A stretch of DNA of 64,000 nt from an uncultured Methanosarcinales archaeon (lineage in GTDB: Archaea > Nanobdellota > Nanobdellia > Woesearchaeales > GW2011-AR15): contig CAZHYZ010000001.1 in assembly GCA_964537195.1 (NCBI GenBank), positions 93,100 to 157,099 on the forward strand. Direction: 5' to 3'. The notes below the pieces were generated by a model. It did no database searches. It saw nothing but the letters and a program-made list of their open reading frames with translations, and was not told the DNA's origin. This document shows positions 8,241-16,156 of this stretch, piece by piece. The position numbers and the translations under genes were made by a program. Position 1 is the stretch's first letter. The number at the start of each line of letters is the position of its first letter.

Positions 8241-11200
8241 ATAAAAGAGGTCTTACTTTAGAATTAGTTGTAAAAGCTGCAATCTTAGTAATTGTACTTT
8301 TTGTAATGGGGAATTTCATTAGGACAACTTTTTTAGCAGGGGAAGAAGCAAGACATGTAATATTACCAGATTATGGAGAATTTGAACCTTATGAGTATGA
8401 ACCTGTTGGTGATGACGCCACAGTTTCAGATTCTGTTAATGCATTGATTTGTGCTATAAATGCTGTTGCAAAGATTGACAACATAGATGACAAATATTTT
8501 TTGCAATATGAGGGTTATGAAACTTTCTTTGAGGAAAAAGACTGGAGGAAAGGAACTTGTGAAGGCGGTGTTGTAGTTGAGGAAATTGAGAAGGAGGAAG
8601 AACCCACAGGAACACTATGTAGAGCTAACTATGGAAATTGTGTTGCTTCATTAAGTAATGAGAAAGCACATTTTGAAGAAGCAGATTATGATGAGAACAA
8701 TAATGAGAATGTTGAAGAGTTATGTCCAGAAGAAAAACCTTTCTGTGAAATCCAATGTCCTTTTGAGTGGGGTAGTGGATGTAATGATGTTGGAGAAAAG
8801 AAATGTAGATTAGCAACTGCTCGATATTGTATGTCTTCTGGTTATTGGTGTCAGACAAATTGTAAAGAAGAGCTTTATAGGGGTGCTTGTTCAGAAGATA
8901 ATGGAGATATCTTTTGTGGATATTCAAATTATGTTGAATTCGAAATTGAGGAAGAAATTCAGAAACAAGTTGAGCAAGAAGAAACCACACTTAGCTGTAC
9001 AGATGGAATTCTATATGGTTCTAACTGTGTTCAATGTTTTGCTGAAGGAGCTACAAACTTCAAATGTACTGTTTCAGATTTCTATCTGCCTCAGACAGGT
9101 GCAGGAGACAGAGGCACTTTGGACAGGTGGATAGCAGGACTGGGAGATCCTGAATATATAGTTTATTACGAGAAATTTCCACAGGGAGAAGACATATATT
9201 GGACAGCAGATTTTGCATCATTCGGCCCAGCAGTATTGGTGCTTAGTGGGATATCAGCTTTTGTATTTCCATTAAGTGATGAGATTAAGGCAGCCACAAA
9301 AGTAGATGATTTTGGAGATGCCCTTAAAATTGCAAAGACACAGGTCCCATTCTATCGTGTAGTTACAGGTGGATCATCCTTGGTTTCGTCTATCGGAAAC
9401 GTAAGAAAATGGTTCAGTAAAGACACTTATGAAGGACTTGTCAAGAAAAAAGGTTTGAGACATATACTGATTACAAATCAAGATTATTTGCTTGATCCTA
9501 AAACCGCAGATGAGAAGATGGAAGTAATTTCTAAATACATTTCAGGAGGAACTTATAAAGCAGGAGCAAGTAGTACAGATATGATTGATGAATTAGCACC
9601 CTTATTCACTAAAGATCTTGATTCTATTTATTATACTGGAAGTGATGAAGCAGTTGCAGAACTAACTAAAATGATTGACGAAATTAAGCCAAAGCATGCT
9701 TCTTTTCTTAGATATCCTGAAGATGTCAGGAATGCTTTATATAGGGAAGCTTTAGCCAGGGAATTAACTCAAGAATTTGTTGATGAGGATGTAGGTAGAA
9801 TATTAAGTATTTCCAGTGGTGAAGTAATAGAGGAAATGGCTCAAAGACAAGCCACAAGACAAGGCATGAAAGCAATTGTGGGAAATATGTTTGATAGTTC
9901 AGGAGATTTTAGTGACAGAGCATTTAAAAATTTCCTTAAAGAACATGGCAAAAGTGCAGAAGGACTTGAATGGATAATAGATAATCAACAATTATCTGGG
10001 ACACAGACAAAGAAATTATTAACACATTTAAACGATGTAACCGGAGACATCCCATTAGACAGGCAAGTACTCTTTAATAGAAAAATTATGTCTGGACAAA
10101 TAGATGAAATCACACAAAGCATCGATGCTGGCGGAAACATAATTGAAAGTACTGCTTCAACAATGTCTTCAATTTATGGTGGGGCAAAGAATGTTCCTGT
10201 GTTTGGAAAGATTGTAGGGCTGCCTGAATTTGCTGCCAAATTAGGATTAGCTCCAGTCTCAACCCCAAGCAGACGTTTCTTTACTTGGGCAGCACTGTCC
10301 TATTATGGCACATTACACGATAGTGTAAATCAGAAATTTTATCCTTCTGGGAAAGATTCACTGGTCCTTACAACACCCAGTTTGATTGGAGTAAAGCACG
10401 AATTTAATCTTCAAAATGCAGAAAATTATGCTATTGCACTTAGAGAAGATGGTGACACACCAATAAGATTCCACATGGCTAGTCCTTGTAAAGCAGATTT
10501 AGAATTGTATCCTGCAACGGTTATTGCAAAATCAGATGAGACCTCGATAACAAGATACGATCTATATGACTTTGGATATGGATTTACCCCTGTTGAAAAA
10601 GGTTCTATACAATATGATGAGGTTGCTTTTGAATTTTCACAGAAGGAATATCCACAAGGGGATTCTTTAATTAGGGATGCAGATGAAGCAATGGAAGAAG
10701 AGAATTATAAAGAAGCACTAATAAAATATCTTGAATATCTTGAAAAATATCCAGATAGTAAAAAGTTTGATTCTGTGTTTAATAAGGTTGATTCAATCTT
10801 AACAACAGGAGAAATATTGACTACGTTTGATAAAGAAGAGTTAAGGGAAATTGCTTTTACAGACAGGTTAGATGTTGATACACGGGCCAGAATTAATAGT
10901 TATGCAATTAGAATGAAAGATTCCGTAGATGAAGGGTGTGGTAGTTATGAAGGATATAAAGAAAAAATTGAATGGTGTGAAGGACTTATTAATGGAGAAT
11001 ATTATGCATTTAGAGACTCGGTTTTCATTCAGGATAGTGGAGCGGTTTATGATCCTCTTTATGATTGGACTTACTTTGATTATTCTTATTATGGTTATTT
11101 GAAAAAACAGAGGTTTGAAGATATAAGTACAAAGTATATGTTGTCTTTATTGTATGTTGATTCTAGAACACACTTTGATGTTAGGACAGGAGAGTCTGCT

Positions 11201-12028
11201 TGGTTAATCGACGCCGATTATGATAATTTGGATTTTGATATTGGACTTCTAGAACTTTATAAATGGATTGGAGAAAGATTTAACTTTGGTTATGCAGATA
11301 GAGTGGTTTTTGGAGAAGCCGGTCAAGATCCTTGGATTTCTCCATTTATGTTTGACATAGGAGATTTCCCAGTTCCAAAACATTTACTCTACAAGCAAGA
11401 TGTTTACTTAGATAAGAAGATTTCTTGGCTACCAGATCCTGACACATATGAGGATGAAGTTGTTAGATATAATAGACAGCTCTTAAGAGATAGTTCATTT
11501 ACAGGAGAAAGTTATGGTGATTTGTTAAAAAAGAAAGTCTTGTATGAAACCAAGGCTTCAATCTTAGAAAATGTTCCTGGACAGAGCATTACAGAACAAG
11601 AGGTTGAAAACTGGGTTAGTATATCTAAGGAGATTCAAAATTCTTATGATGAAAAAATAACAAAAGAAAATGCAGTTAAACTTATTGGATTTGATGAAAC
11701 AGTATATCCAGAAGAGTCCTTTTTTGAGAGTGACTGGCACAAGTTTAGATCTATTACTATAGAAGCAGATATTGATGAATCTCTTGATTCAAATTACTGT
11801 TATCATGGACATCATCCAACAAGAGCAACAATAAGGACATTAGTTGTTGGAGCAAGCCTGTTTGCAGATGAAATTGGCGGAACACTTGCAGGAGGTGCTT
11901 GCGCATCTACGGCAGTTTTAGCTCCCTTTTCTGGGTTGTGTGCAAGAGGAGGAATGTTTGTAACAGACATCATTTTTGCTTTGGGAGAGAACTTTATTAA
12001 CAAACTAGACAAGTGGCCAAGACGTTAA
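8237..12028 (+). CDS. Large (1263 aa) pilin-like surface protein with Cys-rich region, TPR-like helix pair and Gly/Ala-rich hydrophobic segments
   Basis: MNKRG/LTLELVVKAAILVIVLFVMG; DADEAMEEENYKEALIKYLEYLEKYPDS (TPR-like); C-terminal IGGTLAGGACASTAVLAPFSGLCARGG...KWPRR. Confidence 0.65.
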   Translation: MNKRGLTLELVVKAAILVIVLFVMGNFIRTTFLAGEEARHVILPDYGEFEPYEYEPVGDDATVSDSVNALICAINAVAKIDNIDDKYFLQYEGYETFFEEKDWRKGTCEGGVVVEEIEKEEEPTGTLCRANYGNCVASLSNEKAHFEEADYDENNNENVEELCPEEKPFCEIQCPFEWGSGCNDVGEKKCRLATARYCMSSGYWCQTNCKEELYRGACSEDNGDIFCGYSNYVEFEIEEEIQKQVEQEETTLSCTDGILYGSNCVQCFAEGATNFKCTVSDFYLPQTGAGDRGTLDRWIAGLGDPEYIVYYEKFPQGEDIYWTADFASFGPAVLVLSGISAFVFPLSDEIKAATKVDDFGDALKIAKTQVPFYRVVTGGSSLVSSIGNVRKWFSKDTYEGLVKKKGLRHILITNQDYLLDPKTADEKMEVISKYISGGTYKAGASSTDMIDELAPLFTKDLDSIYYTGSDEAVAELTKMIDEIKPKHASFLRYPEDVRNALYREALARELTQEFVDEDVGRILSISSGEVIEEMAQRQATRQGMKAIVGNMFDSSGDFSDRAFKNFLKEHGKSAEGLEWIIDNQQLSGTQTKKLLTHLNDVTGDIPLDRQVLFNRKIMSGQIDEITQSIDAGGNIIESTASTMSSIYGGAKNVPVFGKIVGLPEFAAKLGLAPVSTPSRRFFTWAALSYYGTLHDSVNQKFYPSGKDSLVLTTPSLIGVKHEFNLQNAENYAIALREDGDTPIRFHMASPCKADLELYPATVIAKSDETSITRYDLYDFGYGFTPVEKGSIQYDEVAFEFSQKEYPQGDSLIRDADEAMEEENYKEALIKYLEYLEKYPDSKKFDSVFNKVDSILTTGEILTTFDKEELREIAFTDRLDVDTRARINSYAIRMKDSVDEGCGSYEGYKEKIEWCEGLINGEYYAFRDSVFIQDSGAVYDPLYDWTYFDYSYYGYLKKQRFEDISTKYMLSLLYVDSRTHFDVRTGESAWLIDADYDNLDFDIGLLELYKWIGERFNFGYADRVVFGEAGQDPWISPFMFDIGDFPVPKHLLYKQDVYLDKKISWLPDPDTYEDEVVRYNRQLLRDSSFTGESYGDLLKKKVLYETKASILENVPGQSITEQEVENWVSISKEIQNSYDEKITKENAVKLIGFDETVYPEESFFESDWHKFRSITIEADIDESLDSNYCYHGHHPTRATIRTLVVGASLFADEIGGTLAGGACASTAVLAPFSGLCARGGMFVTDIIFALGENFINKLDKWPRR

Positions 12029-12678
12029 TATAATCTTATAATGATTGCATCATCTACTTCTTCTGCTAAAACTTCAGATTCAGAAATATCTCCAACAATA
12101 ATCCCGCCTTTTGATTCCATGTAATTATTACTAAAACGAGATTTATCATCATTTATTTTTGTATAATATATGCCATTAGAAATCTCCTCAAAATCAAATT
12201 CTTTATAGTTCTCATAATCAGCTCCCCAAAATATATTTGTCTTTTTCATTTGTTGTTTCCAGTCTTTATCAACAAAAATAAATGCAACTGGGTTGTCATC
12301 AATTATTCTTTCAATAATAAAACCTTCAATTACATTGTTATTAGGATTAAGCTCAGATGTGAATCTGATAAGAACATTTTCATCATCATCAACATATTCA
12401 TCCTTGAAATACACTCCTTTGTAGATTCCGTCGTGTCCAAAAGCAGTTCTGATTTGAGGTTGGTTTATCTGTTGACCTATATAATCTAAATAACTAGTAC
12501 CTTTTGTGGCTTCTTCTATATCAACTTCTTTTATATTTCCATTTGAGATTATCCAATCTCTTGGATCATCAGAATATTCATCCTTACTCGGAAAGAATTT
12601 GTATACAATAAAAGATCCAAGAGTAAAGACTACAATTGCAACAAGAAGTAATACCTTCTTTTGTTCACCTGATTTCAT
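12025..12678 (-). CDS. Membrane-anchored hypothetical protein
   Basis: Likely start MKSGEQKKVLLLVAIVVFTLGSFIVY (single N-terminal TM); the ORF-track extension overlaps the divergent promoter region. Confidence 0.6.
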   Translation of the reverse strand: MKSGEQKKVLLLVAIVVFTLGSFIVYKFFPSKDEYSDDPRDWIISNGNIKEVDIEEATKGTSYLDYIGQQINQPQIRTAFGHDGIYKGVYFKDEYVDDDENVLIRFTSELNPNNNVIEGFIIERIIDDNPVAFIFVDKDWKQQMKKTNIFWGADYENYKEFDFEEISNGIYYTKINDDKSRFSNNYMESKGGIIVGDISESEVLAEEVDDAIIIRLY

Positions 12679-12755
12679 ACATTTTTTTAGCCAGACCGAG
12701 TTTATATAATTTTCTTTTGGAAAAATATTTATATCTGTGTTCGTAGGATATGTAT

Positions 12756-13055
12756 ATGAATAAAAAAGGACTTGAGATATCACCACCTTCATTAGTAGTT
12801 GTCATTATACTTCTTTTGTTTGTTTTAGTCGTATTAGTATTTATATTTGGAGGACAGAGTGGAGAATTCTTAAAAATAATAAACAAATGGAGAGGAGACA
12901 TAACTTCTGAAGATAAATGTGAAAGTTCTATACTTGGCAGATATTGTGGGGAACCTCCTTGCGGGGAAGGATTAAGACCAAGAAAATTGCCACCCCCACC
13001 AAGTGGAGATTGGATAGATTGTACAGAAGGCTGTTATGAATGTATTCCAGAGTAA
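12756..13055 (+). CDS. Small pilin-like protein with Cys-rich C-terminal domain
   Basis: MNKKG/LEISPPSLVVVIILLLFVLVVLVFIFGG; six Cys in the last ~45 aa. Confidence 0.7.
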   Translation: MNKKGLEISPPSLVVVIILLLFVLVVLVFIFGGQSGEFLKIINKWRGDITSEDKCESSILGRYCGEPPCGEGLRPRKLPPPPSGDWIDCTEGCYECIPE

Positions 13056-13075
13056 GATAATTAGTTTCTATTTGT

Positions 13076-13357
13076 TTATTCAGAATTACCGATCTCAGGT
13101 ATTATTCTTTTACAACAAATGCCACCATCTTCACATTCAGCGCCAGGAACTCTGGCATAATCTTCTATGCATTTGTTGGAATCCTTAGAATCTCTAAAAG
13201 CATCATCACACTCTCCACCAACAGTCTCACAACTATTGGCTTGAGTAACAAACAAACCGGACTGCCTGCCAACAATAAACACCAGAATTATCAGGACCAT
13301 CAGAGCAATAACTGCTATCACAATTGTGTTTATTGAAATAGATTGAGCTTTTTTCAT
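13076..13357 (-). CDS. Small pilin-like protein with six-Cys domain
   Basis: MKKAQ/SISINTIVIAVIALMVLIILVFIVG; CETVGGEC...C...C...CC. Confidence 0.75.
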   Translation of the reverse strand: MKKAQSISINTIVIAVIALMVLIILVFIVGRQSGLFVTQANSCETVGGECDDAFRDSKDSNKCIEDYARVPGAECEDGGICCKRIIPEIGNSE

Positions 13358-13358
13358 C

Positions 13359-13634
13359 TTATACACTTATACAACACACTTTGTCTGGATCTTCTTCGCC
13401 ATTAGTGTAACATGGGTGGTTGGTAACTTTCTGATAATCTCCATCACATGCATCTCCTTTATTAACAGCATCTCTGTCTTCACAACTACCGCCGACAGAA
13501 TGACAATTGTCTGTCTGTTGTCTCCAATTACCTAAGTTTTGTGTGGTGATTAAAAGAATTAAAATCAAGACTACAAGAGCAATAGCTGCAACAACTATTG
13601 TGTTTATTGAAATTGCTTGTGATTTCTTTCTCAT
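13359..13634 (-). CDS. Small pilin-like protein with six-Cys domain (paralogue of the neighbour)
   Basis: MRKKSQ/AISINTIVVAAIALVVLILILLI; CHSVGGSC...C...C...CC. Confidence 0.75.
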   Translation of the reverse strand: MRKKSQAISINTIVVAAIALVVLILILLITTQNLGNWRQQTDNCHSVGGSCEDRDAVNKGDACDGDYQKVTNHPCYTNGEEDPDKVCCISV

Positions 13635-13673
13635 GAGGAAAATTATTGATATTAAGATATATAAAAGTTTTGG

Positions 13674-14144
13674 TTATTTACAGATATCTAATCTAATCTC
13701 TAAAGTATTTAAGTATCTGAAACTTGGAGGATATTTCTCAGCAGCATCATCGCAGACAGAATTTTCAGGGATATCGGGTATTAATTTTTGACCTGTTTTT
13801 CTATTCTTTACACTGAATTTATATGGTTTTTTCCATTCTCCTAAAGTGATCTTTAAAGCATTAGAAATAGTCTGTCTCGCATATTCACAACAATCAGCAT
13901 TTGCACCACAGGCATCATTTCTTCCTTGAGCACAATCCAATAAAATATCAGAAACCTCTGAGTTAATCTCTGTCTTTGTATCCAGAATAACATTAAGAAA
14001 ACTCTGAGCTAATTCAGGATTAACATATTCTGAAGAGAGAGATTCTTCTTTATTAGTCCTTACAACAATCATAAAAAAACCAGCAATAACTAGGATTAAT
14101 ACAATAAAAACAATTCCAACAATCTCTGTTTGTGCTCTTTTCAT
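13674..14144 (-). CDS. Pilin-like protein, class III signal peptide
   Basis: MKRAQ/TEIVGIVFIVLILVIAGFFMIVV. Confidence 0.7.
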   Translation of the reverse strand: MKRAQTEIVGIVFIVLILVIAGFFMIVVRTNKEESLSSEYVNPELAQSFLNVILDTKTEINSEVSDILLDCAQGRNDACGANADCCEYARQTISNALKITLGEWKKPYKFSVKNRKTGQKLIPDIPENSVCDDAAEKYPPSFRYLNTLEIRLDICK

Positions 14145-14644
14145 CTATAAACACCCAGTTTTAAAACACCAAAATAATTTGAGTTTTTAATAGGGTCTCT
14201 TAATAAAACAGGATAATGAACATACATTATTCCATTATTTTCTGATGGAGGATTATCATAGATATTCCATTCCTCAATCCATTTATTTTCATCAGGGCTT
14301 GGATCAAATCTTTTTACAGTTATATTTAAATTTCCAAGAGCATTATGATAATACCTATCATCTTGAGTTTTTTCTTGCTCTAATCTATCCTTGAATGCAA
14401 TCATCTTTAATATGTCATAGCAATCTGGATCAATATCATTACTATCAGAACATTGCAACTCTGGTATGAAATTGAGAACTTGAGATTTCTTTACTATTTC
14501 CAGCCCCCTAAGTTGTTCAATTTTTTCTTTTCTATCTTGTTCCTGAATTGCCATAACAAAAATAAAAGCTAATATTAGAATAATAAATATAGTAATAAGT
14601 ACAAAGGAGTTCTCCATCATTTGTAACTGAGCTTTTTTTGACAT
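14141..14644 (-). CDS. Pilin-like protein, class III signal peptide
   Basis: Probable start MSKKAQ/LQMMENSFVLITIFIILILAFIFVM. Confidence 0.7.
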   Translation of the reverse strand: MSKKAQLQMMENSFVLITIFIILILAFIFVMAIQEQDRKEKIEQLRGLEIVKKSQVLNFIPELQCSDSNDIDPDCYDILKMIAFKDRLEQEKTQDDRYYHNALGNLNITVKRFDPSPDENKWIEEWNIYDNPPSENNGIMYVHYPVLLRDPIKNSNYFGVLKLGVYR

Positions 14645-14645
14645 T

Positions 14646-15677
14646 TTAATATATAGTTGGACAAGCCTTTTCATTTAATCTTTCATTGATTACATTTAAT
14701 TCGGTGCTTGCATCAGCAATATTATTTATCTTCTCTTTTGTTATGTCCCCTCTTACTGAGGTATATTCTTCCAAATCGTTCAATAGAGAAAAGGCCTGAT
14801 TATAATATTGCAAATCACACAAAGAAGGCAGATTTGAATTTCTGATTATATTCACTCTTTTTTTTAGTACGTCTGTTAATCTGTTTAGTCTTTTGAAAGC
14901 CTTTTCATCGAGATTGCATTCATAAGTTCCACTATTTTCAGAATATACTGCTGCAATTAATGTTGCTGTATCTAAGTAATATGTCCTATCCTTTTCTACA
15001 AACATATTGCCTTGTTTTTCATAAAAAATTATCTCACCATCTTCTATAAGAATTGCAGTAACATCTTCATCGTTTGCTCTTATTACTGATGTGTGTAATG
15101 TAAATAAGCTAGGATCTTTTGAATTTGAAATAAATCTGATTTTGTAGTAATTTTCATTCCTGAAATTAAATTCTTCATTAATACTAATTAGAAATTTTGT
15201 TAGATCGTCTGGCATTTCCTCATAAAGATGTTCGTTCTCATAATCTTCTCCAACAAAGACATAAGAAACTTCCGGACTTGTCATGTATAAAAAATTATTT
15301 ACTTTAAATGGAACATTCCAAGACAAACCATAACTTAATATCTTTGTTTTAATTGTATGCGGACTAAACAAAGGAAGAAACTCCGTAGATCTGCCTTCTA
15401 AGTCAGACCCAGAGAACGTGTAAAAAAAACAATTGTCTCTTGTAGTACTGACTTCCAATTCTAATCCAGATAGTTCAATGGGGCTCTGAGTTCTTTCACT
15501 ACTTTGTAATCCAGTAAGAATCTCATCCAATATATTTATGGAATCAATCTCCAACTGTTTTTGAGAACTTTGTCTTATTCCAGAGATAATATTAACAAAA
15601 AACAGTAGAATAACTACTCCAATAACACCAATATAAATCCAGTTAAACTGTACTTCTACAACGGCTTTTTTGTTCAT
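14646..15677 (-). CDS. Pilin-like protein, class III signal peptide
   Basis: MNKKA/VVEVQFNWIYIGVIGVVILLFFVNII. Confidence 0.7.
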   Translation of the reverse strand: MNKKAVVEVQFNWIYIGVIGVVILLFFVNIISGIRQSSQKQLEIDSINILDEILTGLQSSERTQSPIELSGLELEVSTTRDNCFFYTFSGSDLEGRSTEFLPLFSPHTIKTKILSYGLSWNVPFKVNNFLYMTSPEVSYVFVGEDYENEHLYEEMPDDLTKFLISINEEFNFRNENYYKIRFISNSKDPSLFTLHTSVIRANDEDVTAILIEDGEIIFYEKQGNMFVEKDRTYYLDTATLIAAVYSENSGTYECNLDEKAFKRLNRLTDVLKKRVNIIRNSNLPSLCDLQYYNQAFSLLNDLEEYTSVRGDITKEKINNIADASTELNVINERLNEKACPTIY

Positions 15678-16156
15678 CTTAATAGAGCAGAATTACCCTT
15701 TCCTATTAATGTAACAGTTAATAATCCTTCGTTCTCTAAGCAAAGATAATCAGATTCTACATTCAAATTATCTACATAAAAAGAGTCCTCGATTATGTTG
15801 TTTTTTAATAAGAAAACATTCTTTGGGACATTATCTTTTATACTGTCTTCTATAAATAAATTATCAATATCAGCATCCAAATCAAAGACTTCTTCATCCG
15901 TCATGGAATCAACAAAACATATTGTGTCGAATCTATCGGGAAGCCGGAACTCATATTTTTCTACAGATTCATATTGTCTAGATATTTTAGACACGATTCT
16001 ATCAAAATCATCTTTTAAATTATCTAGTGGGATTTGGTTGCCTGCCTTAAGTATGGTAGAAACTGCCTTGTAGCCTACAGCAAGTATTATGACTACAATT
16101 ACAGCAGCCATTATATATACAAAAACTTGAGATGATATTTGTGCCTTTGATTTCAT
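15674..16156 (-). CDS. Pilin-like protein, class III signal peptide
   Basis: MKSKAQ/ISSQVFVYIMAAVIVVIILAVGY. Confidence 0.7.
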   Translation of the reverse strand: MKSKAQISSQVFVYIMAAVIVVIILAVGYKAVSTILKAGNQIPLDNLKDDFDRIVSKISRQYESVEKYEFRLPDRFDTICFVDSMTDEEVFDLDADIDNLFIEDSIKDNVPKNVFLLKNNIIEDSFYVDNLNVESDYLCLENEGLLTVTLIGKGNSALLR

